A stretch of DNA of 56,369 nucleotides, counting the filler, from Jimgerdemannia flammicorona (Eukaryota): NCBI GenBank assembly GCA_003990765.1. It is 3 parts of 3 records of this genome, joined end to end, with 100 filler letters (N's around TTAATTAATTAA, not from the genome) between each part and the next. Parts side by side here need not be neighbours in the genome. Positions count along the whole stretch, not along the records: positions 37,648 to 56,369 come from RBNJ01002127.1; 2 more parts are not named here. One strand, given 5' to 3'. Under the pieces are notes generated by a model that saw only the letters and a program-made list of their open reading frames with translations, was not told where the DNA came from and did not search any database. Below are positions 38,186-50,378 of the stretch, piece by piece (within the stretch, counting starts at the first letter, position 1; each line of letters starts with the position of its first letter). The translations under genes were made by a program, and so were the position numbers.

Positions 38186-39842
38186 TGTAAGAGGGTTGCT
38201 TTTTAGGGTAACCATTACGTAGTTCTGGAAGAGTTTTCTGGAAGTTCTAGATAGTCTGGAAGACCTTTTTCTTATGGTCAAGATCAATTTCATATGGAGT
38301 ATATCCTCTATGCTTATTGATTTCAAGATTGGTTTGACATCTCAACCAAAGTCCTTTTTTGGACTAGTTCTGGATGTTCAGGATTTTCCATATTTCAGGA
38401 AGTTTAAGAAACTAAGACCAGCTTAGTTGAATTGGCGTATTGCTGCAGACAATATCCAATTAGGAAATTTCATGATAGGGTTAGGAGTAGGACCTAACAG
38501 GGAGCAGATTTACTTAAGAGTGGTTTGTGGGTTATGGAATAGGTTTATTTGCTATTCATGATATTGCTATACTAGGAGTATTTGTGTGAAGGGGTATTGT
38601 GGCGAAGTATTCAGGAATGTTCTTGTGTGTTTGAGTCTGAGATTCTGAGGTCTGGGGGAGGGGATATTTATACTAGTGAGGGGCTATGTATCTGGGCTAT
38701 GCTAAATATGGATGTAGCACTAAGTGCCTTGCTGAGTCGGAATGCAGTCACGTAGTATAAGTGTGATCTGACATATCAAGAGATCATCTGACTGCTGAGT
38801 CAGTTCACAGTTACGTCGTACAAGGCTAATCTAACTATACTATGACTGCTAGGCTATTTATGGATTTAGGCACTGTCTGGGTAGTCTTCGATGACATCAC
38901 CATTGATTGTATCATCTCTGATGAAGTAGTTGTCTAGGAATAATGGTTCGCAAATTACTTCTCCTTATTCGCTGAGGTAATAGTACATTGGAACTTTGTC
39001 TCCGTCCCACAGGATAGCATTGTCTGTCTCATATGCTGGATAAGGTATTAGTGGGTGAAGGAGGGGTGCATCATCTTCGCTTTCATCAGATTCACTGTCT
39101 GCATATCTTCTATAGGTTACAGTACTATGAGTTGCAGGATTGTAGTAAGCTGGTGGCTGTGGTTCATGTCGCTCATACTCAGGTGGTGGAGTGGTTGGTT
39201 CAATCTCGAGAGTTGTCTGGAGGTACAGATTGTATTCTCCAGTTTCTTCATTGTAGTTGAAGTAATCAGGAGTGAACACAGGTTGGTATTCATGCCAGTG
39301 GTCGTTGTCCCAATAAGTCTTGTATGTAGTTATGAACTGTTGTAAGTTCATTGGCAAGGTTGGCGGAGTGATCAGGGTTGGCAGAGATCCTTGGCTAGAG
39401 GTCATGTCGGCATCAGAGGGATCATTGTCTTCTGCTTCATCTTTATCAAAGTGGATTATATCGTAGATGTCCTTCATGGCATATCCAACTTGAGGCATTT
39501 GCAGAATATGATCATTGGAGTGTGGCTCAGTTGACAATGGCATTCCAAATATCAGCGCGGATACGGTTGTAGATCTCGGTAGTCATGTTTGTGTATTTGG
39601 AAGTTGTGGTTGTTGTTTGTTTTGGTTCTCTGATTCGACGCATCTTGGTGCTCAGTATATATACATTTGGTCCTGATTGGTAAGATTCTGTTTGTGTAAA
39701 TCTTGCATTCTGTGACTTTGTATTGACTCAGCTTTGTGTGCTGTGACTTCGGTTTGACTCAGCTTCATGATCAAGCAGGTGATTTCCAGATTTGTTCAGA
39801 GGTCGCATATAATTTCGGTGGCTTGGAGGTTGTGCGCTTACA
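38186..39842 (-). repeat. 3' LTR of family B
   Basis: Direct repeat of 46077-47729. Confidence 0.95.
38965..39543 (-). CDS. LTR-embedded ORF, 3' LTR copy, truncated at 192 aa by CAA-to-TAA
   Basis: Nearly identical to 46753-47430. Confidence 0.6.
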   Translation of the reverse strand: MPLSTEPHSNDHILQMPQVGYAMKDIYDIIHFDKDEAEDNDPSDADMTSSQGSLPTLITPPTLPMNLQQFITTYKTYWDNDHWHEYQPVFTPDYFNYNEETGEYNLYLQTTLEIEPTTPPPEYERHEPQPPAYYNPATHSTVTYRRYADSESDESEDDAPLLHPLIPYPAYETDNAILWDGDKVPMYYYLSE

Positions 39843-39983
39843 ACTCTCCCCTTCTTAGCTTTCAACGTCCTTGTCGGGGCCTTCTAATTTTGTCCTGCTG
39901 AGTTCTTGGTTTGGTTTGCAGTAATTATAATGTTCAGGAGGATAATATATAGTGTATACAGATAGGTGTGGAATATTTGGTTC

Positions 39984-42900
39984 TAGTTGTTCAAGGAATC
40001 ATATTTCTGAACTAAGTCAGTAGCATTCTGGAGATTGGTCTTGGGTTCCCAGGTTGCATCATAGATCAGGTAACCTTTCTATTTGATAAGGTACTCAGGG
40101 TGGTTCTTGTTGCCATGTTTGTTGAGGATCTGCTCAACTTCGTACTCCTCTTGATCATTAATAATGACAGGTGCAGGTGGTTTAGTGGTCCAGTTTGGGA
40201 ATAGTTTGTCATCATTCTTATTGTATTGCTTAAGATGTTGAACATTAAAGACTGGGTGAATCTTAATGGTGTCTGGTAGCACCAATTTGTAGGAGGTTGG
40301 AGAGACTTGTGCAATAACTTCGAATGGTCCAATGAACTTGCTGTTCAGTTTTGTAGATGGTCTATGCTTGAGGTTGTCAACTCAGTATCCTCTGATGTCC
40401 AGTAGAACTTTTTCTCCAATATCAAAAGTTTTTTCTCGGCAGTGTTGGTTAACATACTGTGATTGTTGTTCTTGAGCTCGTGATAAATTCTCGATGGCAA
40501 TCTGGCTTAAATTGCACATTCAGAGTAAGAATTCTTCAATGGCTTCGACTGTGGAGGGTTCTTCAGTGGTTCAGATAAGTGTCAAAGGGGTGTTTGGATT
40601 TTGTCCAGTGTTGGCGAAGAATGGGGTCATTCCAAGAGAGGCTTACTTGCTATTGTTGTAGGCAAATTCAACTGCAGTGAGGTTTTCATGCCAGTCATCT
40701 TGTCTGTAGGAAATATAGTTCCTTAGCATTTGTTCCAGAGTTCGGTTCATTCTTTCAGTTTGACCATCAGTTTTTGGGTGAAAGGCTGTGGATAGTGCAA
40801 GTTTTATTCCAAGGTATGCATGGAGGACTTTCCAAAAGTGGCTGGTGAATTTCAGGTCTCGGTCACTAATAATGATCTTGAGAAGACCATGATAGCGGAA
40901 GATGTTGTCAAACAAGAGTGTGACTATATCTGGTGCTGTTGCAGTAGTGGTAGTAGGCACGAAGTGGGCTTGTTTGCTGAGGTAGTCCACAAAAACAACA
41001 ATTGCATCCTTCCCATTCTTGGTTCGGGATAGTTGTACAATGAAGTCCATAGAGATTTGTTCCCAATTTGCAGATGATACTGGAATAGGGTGGAGTAAGC
41101 CAGGTTTTGCTAGTGTTGAGGACTTGTTTCATTGGCAGGCATCACAGGAAGTGATGTAGGTTTTGAGCTGATCTGCCATGTGGGGCCAATAGAAGTTTCA
41201 GGAGATAACTTCATAACATTTGTCAAATCCTAAATGTCTAGCTGTAGGGGCATCATGACATTTGAATAGGATAGTCCTTCGGAGGTCTCGGTTGTTTGGA
41301 ACATACAGCCTGTCCTTGTAGTAAATAGTATTGTCCTTGAGTTGGTATTGATTGTACCGGGTATACTTGTCAGCATCATTATTGTTCAGGATTTCTCGGA
41401 GTGCTTGAGCTTCTTTATCATTAACACATGCTGCGATGATTTATTCCATGATAGTGTTGGTAACCAAGGTCAGAGTTTGGATAACCTCTTCAATTGGTGG
41501 TCTGGAGATTGCATTGGCAACAATATTTTCCTTGCCAGGGCAGTACTGGATTTTGTAGTCAAAGTTGGTGAGGACTTTCATCCATCTGGCTTGCTTTCGA
41601 GAAAGGGTAGCCTGGGTCTTGATGTTGACTAATGACTTGTGGTCAGTCAATACAGTGAAGTGTGCTCCTTCTAGATATGGTCGCCATTTGATCAGAGTGT
41701 CTATGATGGCTAGCATTTCCTTCTCATGAGTTGCATAGTTGATTTCGGCATCATTGAACTTGTGGGAGTGATAGGCCACAGGGTGACCTTCTTGCATAAG
41801 CACTGCTCCAAGAGCTAGGTCAGAGGTATCAGTAGTGACTTCATAGGGTAGAACAGGGTTTGCCACTTGAAGTACTGGAGTGGTTATCAGGGCATCTTTC
41901 AGTACTTGAAAGGTGGTATCTTGTTCATGTTCCCAATTTACAAGATTGTTGAAGTCTTTCTCTTGTTTCATGGTCCAGGGTTGTTCTTGTTTCTTGCTGT
42001 ACTTGGTCATTTGGGTGAGGGCAGTAGCGATTTTAGCAAAGTTGGCAACAAATTGCCTGTAATAGTTTGCTAATCCCAGAAATGACTGGAGGTCTTTCAG
42101 CTTCTTGGGTCTGGGCCAATACTTGATTGCAGAGATTTTGCTGGGGTCCACTTTGATTCTATTTGGAGTGATAATGTGTCCAAGGAATTGAATTTCTTTC
42201 AGAAGAAATTCGCACTTACTGAGTTTTGCAAAGAGTCGGTTTTCTCGGAGTTTTAGTAGCACTAGTTCAAGGTGTTCGAGATGTTCTTCCAGGGTTTTGC
42301 TGAAGACTAGGATGTCATCAATGTAGACAACAACGAATTTGTCTAGGTATAGATGCAGAATGGTATTCATCAGTGTCTGGAAGGTTGCTGGAGCATTAGT
42401 TAAGCCAAAGGGCATAATCAGGAACTCGAAGTGTCCATAGCGAGTTTGGAAAGCTATCTTGTAGATATCTTCTTCTTTCATAGCAATTTGCCAGTAACCA
42501 TTTCGCAGGTCAAAAGAGCTCATGAATTGTGGGTTGGTGAGCCTATCGAATATTTCATCGATTCTCGGTAGTGGACAACAGTTCTTGATGGTCTGTTCAT
42601 TGAGATCGCAGTAGTCAATGCACATTCGCAGGTTTCCTCCTTTTTTGATAACAAAGAGGACTGGTGCACCATAGGGTGATATGCTAGGTCTGATGAATCC
42701 TTGTTCTAGGAGTTCGTCGATTTCTTTCTTGAGTGCATCAATTTCTCTTGGAGACATGTGGTAGATTGACTTGAAGGCTGGTTTGGTGTCTGAGATAGTC
42801 TTGATTGCATGGTCTACTGCTCATTTGAGAGGTAGGCCTTTCAGGAGCTTCTTTGGGAATATGTCTTGGAATTTCTGGAGTAGTGGTCTAACACAGCTGT

Positions 42901-45900
42901 CAACTTTGGAAAAATCTTCCTCAGAGTTCTCGGGTTCCCCTTTGGATGGTCAGATGGAGATGGCGAAGAGAGGGCATTTCTTGGCCAATTTCTTGAGTTG
43001 TAGCTTGTTGATGTGGGTGATCTTTGGTCCAGGGTCCCTAGAGTTGAGTGAGTCCTTTTTGCCTTGTAGTTTGAAGTTGTGGCATCCTTTCTTGATGGTC
43101 AGAGAATGGTTTACCCAATCAATCATGGGGTTCTCTTATTTTAACCATGGAGTCCCAAGGATGATTTCATTGTCAGGAAGTGGTACGATTTGGAGGGTAA
43201 CATGTACTCAGTAGTCACCAATTCGGAAGAGTAGATTGCGGACTTCTTTGCTAATAACATATGAGGTTCCATCAGCTGTAGCAACTGCTTGAGTTTGCTG
43301 TACTGGGAAGGTGAAGACCTTGAGTCTGTTGACTGTCTCTTCATTGATGAAGTTGCCTGAGGCCCCACTGTCTATCATAATCTTGACAGGTGCTCCATTG
43401 ACAAAAGCTTTAAGGGTGAGCAGTTTGTCTGATCCAATTGTGGTGATTTCAGTTATAGGAGCCTTTCTTCTGTTGGTTCTTCTTTGAGCCAGTTCGTTGA
43501 CACAAGGAAAGCAATCATCAATCATTCAGGAAGAGTACATTCCAATACCATGAGAGCATTGGCTACTTAGTACATATCCATCTTCGATCTTCTTATAGAA
43601 TTGTTCTTCTTTGCTCATAATAGGTTGGGCTGGGGCCTTGTTTGATGAGCCAAATCCTTTGGATCCTCGGATGGTGGGCAGTAGTTCAGGGACTTCCTTG
43701 ACTGTCAGGGTTGACTCGATTTTTTCGAATAGGATCTGGGCGATGCAGAAGCCAGTAGGGATCTTGAAGGGTGTCCAACTGTAGTTTTGAATGAGGACAA
43801 TAATTTCGCCTGTGTAATCCTTGTCAATGACTCCTCCTTCTACTAAGAGTCCTTTCAACGCTAGGCTGCTGTGACAGTATATTCTTCCAATATGTCCTTC
43901 AGGGATTTGGATACTGATTCCTGTGTAGACTTGTTTGACTTCTCGGTTGGAGACTGTAGCTTCTTCGGCTGCATACAGGTCATATCCAGTTGCTTTTTGA
44001 CTTCCTTTGGTTGGGGCCTTAGCAGTTTGTCTTAACTTGACAAAGTCTAGTGTTCTGGTGGTCAGGTTGTTGAGGTGGTACAGAGTGGTGACAGTTGCTC
44101 GTGTTGCTGTTCAGGGTTTTCGGTTTGGGCAGGCATTGGCCATGTGTCCTGTCTTTCGGCAATAGAAGCATGCTCCACTTCTTCGAAGTTCATTCCTTTT
44201 GCCTTCAGTAAGTTTCTTGAAGGTACTTGGCTGGGTGGGTTCATGATTTCTGGATGTCTAAGAGGTGGATGTGGAGGGAGCTTGAGATACTTCATGCTTG
44301 GGTTCTTCCTTCTTGGTCCAAGTCTTTTCCTTGTTGTTAAATTGCCTTTGGAGCAGAATTGGTCCAGCTGTTAGGATTTGCTTGACCATAGTCTTGATTC
44401 TTGCCAGGCACTATTGTTGGTGATCACAACCAACTGGGTGGCCTTGTTCTTGGATTTTTCTAGTAAGTCATTTAGGCAGGGCATCAAATAAATGGTCTGC
44501 TCTTGTACCATTTCGTGCTTCATCATTGGCAATATATCCTAGGCCAACAGTGTTCAGGAGTGACTCGAGTTTTGTACAGAAGGTTTCAAATTCTTCTTTG
44601 CCATGTATATCAAATTTGAGGTTGCAGAGTTTTACTCAGGATTCCACGATCATGGTTTCACTACAGTATTGGGCAATCATGAGTTGTTTGAGTCCAGGGG
44701 CTGCAGGGTGGGCTCCATATCCTGGGGCATTGTTTGCTGCATTCTGAGCAACTACTGCAGGTCTGGTATCCCATGTGAGGGGTTTTTCAGGAAGGGTTCG
44801 CCACCATTCTTCAGCAGGTCCTCGGAAGAATATAACAACTCGGTAGACATAGGCTGTAGTGGTAGCAAAGAGTTGTTCCAGAGTGTGGTCTTGATTGTTT
44901 GTCAGAACACAGTCAGTAACTTGCTCATTAGTCTATTGATTGGCTTCGAAGTTGGTATCAACTACACTAATGAAGCTTTGGACTTCTTGTGCAGTACCAT
45001 TGAAGGTAGGTAGGCTCAGATTTTTGGTAGGTCATGTCTGTTCAGCTAAGGCAGTAATGGTTGCTGCCATTATGGCTACCTGAACTGTAAGGTCAAGAAT
45101 CTGTTGATTCACCATGTTGTTTACTGGAGGTGGTTGGACCACTAGTAGTGGTGTTACAGATACTACTTGAGGTACTGGTGCAGAGTGTGATGGGGTTCTT
45201 TGGGTCTGTGTAAGTTGCTGGAGTAGTAGTTGTGGGTCTGGAGTGAGGGCTTGATAGATAACTGTTTGTTGCTGAGTAGGTGTATTCTGTCCTGATGGAT
45301 GTGTGTCTCCTTCAGTGGTATATCCAAGATCGAATTCAGTGAGATACTCCTCCTCTTCTTCGGTTTGGTCCCCATGTAATTGGGTTTGCTCAGCATCAAA
45401 GTAGACAGAATCAGTTGTATATCTGATTTCAGATGGACTTAATTCAAAGTCAAGTTCAGGTTCGGTATTAGTTTCAGATTCAAGTAGGGTTGTAGCAGGG
45501 CCTGCTTCAGGTTTGAGATCAGGTAGTTGATGAAGGGTTTCTCTTGCTTCTTCTTTAAGAATATGGCGGGCCTTGCTGTTCTGGAATCGGTAGTATAATG
45601 CGGTCTTGGTCCTGGTACAGTGAAAGTCGGTAGAGTTGAGCCACTTGGCTACAGAGGCTTGGGCTTCGTGAGGAACTAAGGCTAGAAAGACTGCTGCTGA
45701 TTGTCCTAGGTTGCTCGGATTTGTGGAGCTGACAAAACTCTTATTGAGAAGAGTAAAGAAGACTTCAATAAGACCTTCTTCATCTTGACTTGCTGGGTGT
45801 AGTGCAAGGAGTTCGGTGAATAGGGTTTCACCTATTTGCTGGTTTAACCAGAGTACTTCTTTTTTTGAATGAAGTTTATCCTGCTTGTTGCAGGTATAGA

Positions 45901-46037
45901 GGTCAAATTGTCCTTATATGTCAGGTTCAATTCTTTCCAGATTGTCAGATGGTTCGGATAAATTCCAGTTCAGAGGTTGGGCTTTATACCAACTTGTAGG
46001 AATTCGCAGAGGGGTTTGTAGCAGGGTAAGGAAGCAT
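39984..46037 (-). pseudogene. gag-dUTPase-protease-RT-RNaseH-integrase-chromodomain polyprotein with scattered stops
   Basis: CFYCRKTGHMANAC knuckle; [54 protein letters not shown] chromodomain. Confidence 0.93.
43643..44050 (-). pseudogene. dUTPase domain between the gag zinc knuckle and protease (family B)
   Basis: ATGYDLYA, TGISIQIP, HSSLA, GGVIDKDYTGEI, IAQIL, RGSKGFGSS: all five motifs recognisable. Confidence 0.9.
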
Positions 46038-46076
46038 CTTGAAGCAGAATTGGATTGTAAACTGCTGCTACCAAGT

Positions 46077-47729
46077 TGTAAGAGAGTTGCTTTTTAGGGT
46101 AACCATTACATAGTTCTGGAAGAGTTTTCTGGAAGTTCTAGATAGTCTGGAAGACCTTTTTCTTATGGTCAAGATCAATTTTGTATAGAGTACGTCCTCT
46201 ATGCTTATTGATTTCAAGATTGGTTTGATGTCTCAACCAAAGTCCTTTTTCAGACTAGTTCTGGATGTTCAGGATTTTCTGTATTTCAGGAAGTTTAAGA
46301 AACTAAGACCAGCTTAGTTGAATTGGCGTATCGCTGCAGACAATACCCAATTAGGAAATTTCATGATGGGGTTAGGAGTAGGATCTAACAGGGAGCAGAT
46401 TTACTTAAGAGTGGTTTGTAGATTATGGAATAGGTTTATTTGCTATTCATGATATTGCTATACTAGGAGTATTTGTGTGAAGGGGTATTGTGGGGAAGTA
46501 TTCAGGAATATTCTTGTGTGTTTGAGTCTGAGATTCTGAGGTCTGGGGGAGGGGGTATTTATACTAGTGAGGAGCTATCTGGGCTATGCTAGATATGGAT
46601 GTAGCACTAAGTACCTTGCTGAGTTGGAATGCAGTCATGTAGTACAAGTGTGATCTGACATGTCAAGAGATTGTCTGACTGCTGAGTCAGTTCACAGTCA
46701 TGTTGTACAAGGCTAATCTAACTATACTATGACTGCTAGGCTATTTATGGGTTTAGGCACTGTCTGGGTAGTCTTCGATGACATCACCATCGATTGCATC
46801 ATCTCTGATGAAGTAGTTGTCTAGGAATAATAGTTCGCGGATTACTTCTCCTTGTTCACTGAGGTAATAGTACATTGGAACTTCGTCTCCGTCCCACAGG
46901 ATAGCATCATCTGTCTCATATGCTGGATAAGGTGTTGGTGGGTGAAGGAGGGGTGCATCATCTTCGCTTTCGTCAGATTCACTGTCTGCATACCTTCTAT
47001 AGATTACAGCACTATGAGTTGCAGGATTGTAGTAAGCTGGCAGCTGTGGTTCATGTCGCTCATACTCAGGTGGTGGAGTGGTTGGTTCAATCTCGAGGGT
47101 TGTCTGGAGGTACAGGTTGTGTTCTCCAGTTTCTTCATTGTAGTTGAAGTAATCAGGAGTGAATGCAGGTTGGTATTCGTACCAGTGGTCATTGTCCCAA
47201 TAAGTCTCATATGTAGTTATGAACTGTTGTAAGTTCATTGGCAAGGTTGGCAGAGTGATCAGGGTTGGCAGAGATCCTTGACTAGAGGTCATGTTGGCAT
47301 CAGAGGAATCATTGTCTTCTGCTTCATCTTCATCGAAGTGGATTATATCATAGATGTTCTTCATGGCATATCCAACTTGAGGCATTTGCAGGATATGATC
47401 ATTGGGGTGTGGCTCAGTTGACAATGGCATTCCAAATGTCAGTGCGGATACGGTTGTAGATCTCGGTAGTCATGTTTGTGTATTTGGAAGTTATGGTTGT
47501 TGTTTGTTTTAGTTCTCTGATTCGACGTGTCTTGGTGCTCAGTATATATGTATTTGGTCCTGATTGGTAAGATTCCGTTTGTGTAAATCTTGTATTCTGT
47601 GACTTTGTATTGACTCAGCTTTGTGCGCTGTGACTTCAGTTTGACTCAGCTTCGTGATCAAGCAGGTGATTTCCAGATTTGTTCAGAGGTCGCATATAAT
47701 TTCAGTGGCTTGGAGGTTGTGCGCTTACA
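46077..47729 (-). repeat. 5' LTR of family B
   Basis: TG...CA ends; adjacent PBS on the minus strand at ~46073-46060. Confidence 0.95.
46753..47430 (-). CDS. LTR-embedded 225-aa acidic, Pro/Tyr-rich protein of unknown function
   Basis: Open frame in the element's sense orientation inside the LTR; conserved in the other LTR; homologous segments in variant LTRs. Confidence 0.65.
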   Translation of the reverse strand: MPLSTEPHPNDHILQMPQVGYAMKNIYDIIHFDEDEAEDNDSSDANMTSSQGSLPTLITLPTLPMNLQQFITTYETYWDNDHWYEYQPAFTPDYFNYNEETGEHNLYLQTTLEIEPTTPPPEYERHEPQLPAYYNPATHSAVIYRRYADSESDESEDDAPLLHPPTPYPAYETDDAILWDGDEVPMYYYLSEQGEVIRELLFLDNYFIRDDAIDGDVIEDYPDSA

Positions 47730-49051
47730 GCAAGCCTAGTCCAATTCCAGTAATCCAGTCATACACAAGTCTCCACAGCCCAGAACCTTATTGACAAAAT
47801 GGATTCTCTTCTCAAGATCACTACTATGAATCTGCAAAAGGCTCAGCAATATCAAGCTAAGTATGTAGATAAGAAGTGGTGAGATATCATATATAATATT
47901 GGTGATATGGTTCTACTCAAAGTCAACAACATTAAGGCTCAATCTCAAGTCAACCACCAGTCAGCCAAATTCCAGCTCAAGTACCTTAGACTCTTGGAGA
48001 TCACTGAGCAAGTCTCTACCTGGTCTTACTGCCTCAACTTGCCAACAACCATATATGTATATATACCCAGTATTCTATGTGTCATAACTCAAGGCCTGGA
48101 ACCAGTCACCCCCATACTCTGGCTAAATTCTGACACCATCAGCACCAGTCATAGTTGAAGACCACATCAAGTATGAAGTCAAGAAAATCTTAGACAAGTG
48201 AGTCTGATACTGTCACACAGAATACCTAGTCAAGTGGATGGGTTACTCTGAATATGATGTCACTTGGAAACCTGCCACCAATCTCAAGAACTCCCAAGAC
48301 CTCATCCAAGAGTTCAAGCAAAAAGGAACTCATTGACTGCCTGTAAGGTTCTCTCCTTAGATAGTAGATGACCTACTGTACTGATCAGGTATATTATACA
48401 TTAGGGCTCTCTAAGGGATACAGCATCAGAAATAAGAGATATAGGAGAACCCTATAAATCCTACAACCAATGAGATTTGAACCAGTTCTCATCTGATCAA
48501 GATGATACTTTGGCCCTTGCCTTATACAAAGATGGTCAATCCTTATCAATGAGTTGATATATTTAATTTGAAGTTTCTTTTAAGTCTTATTGTTTGTTAT
48601 ATGTAACTTTGAGAATTTAATGAGGACATTGATTCTTAAGGAGGGGGAGATGTAACATTTTAGCATAGTTTATTTCTTTTCTTTGTCTTGAATATTCTAT
48701 AATCTTTCAGCACTTTCTGCATACTTAGAAATCCCCTTCTTGACACTGAGCATTAACTAGTACTTATTTAGTTAGTCACTAAATGTCCTGGAAACTTGTA
48801 GAACTTTATTTATCATCATTTGTCATCTTTGCCAAGAACTTTCCTCTTGGCATTTTCTTTTGATTTCTCAGATCCTTCCAGATCCTTCCTTCAGATCTTG
48901 TATAAATATCTCCTTTGTTCTTATGAATAAAGTCTCAGAATATTTTCTCCCAGAAATTCTTCATGAATACTTGAATCCTTAAGTATCTCTTCAAGCTACT
49001 TAGAACCACTAGAACTAGTTGCTTCCTCATTTAGAAACTAGAACCATTACA

Positions 49052-49179
49052 GAATCAATCATTATCTTCATTGATGATTTTGAGTAGTATACTGCTATAA
49101 GAGCCCTGATAGTAATACAGCAAGTAGCTCTTCTGCCCTTCAGTCTCCAAGAATCAGCAAGAGTAGCATTTATAGCTGC
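49052..49179 (+). mobile_element. Fragment of the family A gag region (host of the family C and B insertions)
   Basis: Matches the reverse complement of ~36700-36820. Confidence 0.7.
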
Positions 49180-49875
49180 TGTAAAAGAGTTACTTATAAA
49201 AGCACTATTATGTAGTTCTGGAAGAGTTTTCTGGAAGTTCTGGATATTCTAAAAGACTATTTTCTTTAGGTCAAGATCAATTTTATATAGAGTATATCCT
49301 CTATACTTATTGATTTTAAGATTGGATTAATGTCTCAACCAAAGTCCTTTTTTGGACTTGTTCTAGATATTCAGGATTTTCTGTATTTCAGAAAGTTTAA
49401 GAAACTAAAACTAGCTTAGTTAAATTAGTATATTGCTGCAGACAATACCCAATTAGGAAATTTTATAATATAGTTAGAAGTAGGACCTAATGTGATATAG
49501 ATTTACTTATATAAGAGTAATTTGTAAGTTATTAAATAGATTTATTTACTATTCATAATATTGCTATACTAGAAGTAGTTGTATAAAGAGATATTATAGA
49601 GAAGTGTTCAGAAGTTGTATTTGGATTGTTTTTGTCTATTCAAGTCTAAGATTCTGAGGTCTAGAAGAGAGGGTATTTATACTAATAGGAGGCTATCTGG
49701 ACTATACTGAATATAGATACGTATAGTACTTTAGTATCTTACTGAGTCAGAATATAGTCACATAGTATAAGTATGAACTGACATATTAAGAGATTGTCTG
49801 ACTGCTAAGTCAGTTTGCAGTTATATTATATGAGGCTAATCTAACTATACTAATAACTACTAGGCTATCTATATA
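49180..49875 (-). mobile_element. Decayed partial family B LTR
   Basis: Aligns with 38186-38860, with many more transitions. Confidence 0.85.
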
Positions 49876-50378
49876 TTGTCACATAGTGGTTGCTAAGTCC
49901 TTCAAATATGTCAGATTCTCTCCAAGGTATCTCTTAGACTAACCATAAGTTTATTATAAGTAAGTTCTTATTAGAGTATTTTTCTAAAATCTTATAGTCC
50001 TCAAACTTCTTATCTTTAAACTATCTTATTATCTTTTAGATTGCTTGTATGGAATTAAGTATAAGTGAACTTAACTGACTTTATTTCAAAGAAAATAAGA
50101 GAAATATTTATACAAAATATAATTCAATAATTGCTAAGATATAAAGCTAAATATAAATTCTAATAACTAAATAAAATACTGAAAAACAGAAAACTTCAGT
50201 TATAAGTATAAATTTGAGTACCTGTATAAATAATTGCATAAGTTTAAAATACTAGTAGATTTTAGTATTATAGAAAAAGAATATCAGAAGATTTCAGTTA
50301 TATAGAAAAAGAATGCCAGAAGATTTCAGTATTACTAAGAATTTAGAATAGAATATTTAAGACTATGAAGACTTCATC

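Larger units (their letters stand above)
38186..47729 (-). mobile_element. Full-length Ty3/gypsy chromovirus-type element (family B), 9.5 kb
   Basis: Two ~1.65-kb LTRs (TGTAAG...CTTACA), 5-bp TSD GCAAG (38181-38185 / 47730-47734), PBS TGGTAGCAGC (iMet-like), PPT AAGAAGGGGAGAG. Confidence 0.95.
38016..49051 (+). mobile_element. 3' part of an older chromovirus-type gypsy (family C): integrase-chromodomain, PPT and 401-bp LTR; split by the family B element
   Basis: NRTLEQMLRNYV..AEFVYNN (38016-38185) resumes after 47734; chromodomain YEVKKILD..EYLVKWMGY..TW; PPT at ~48639-48650; LTR TGTAA...TTACA 48651-49051. Confidence 0.8.

Noticed and set aside
44526..45013. Plus-strand ORFs, mirrored at 52926-53336 on the minus strand
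   Set aside because: Antisense to gag; conserved only because both copies belong to the same family
49877..50378. AT-rich segment starting TGTCACA, possibly another LTR
   Set aside because: No partner copy, PBS/PPT or TSD visible in the window
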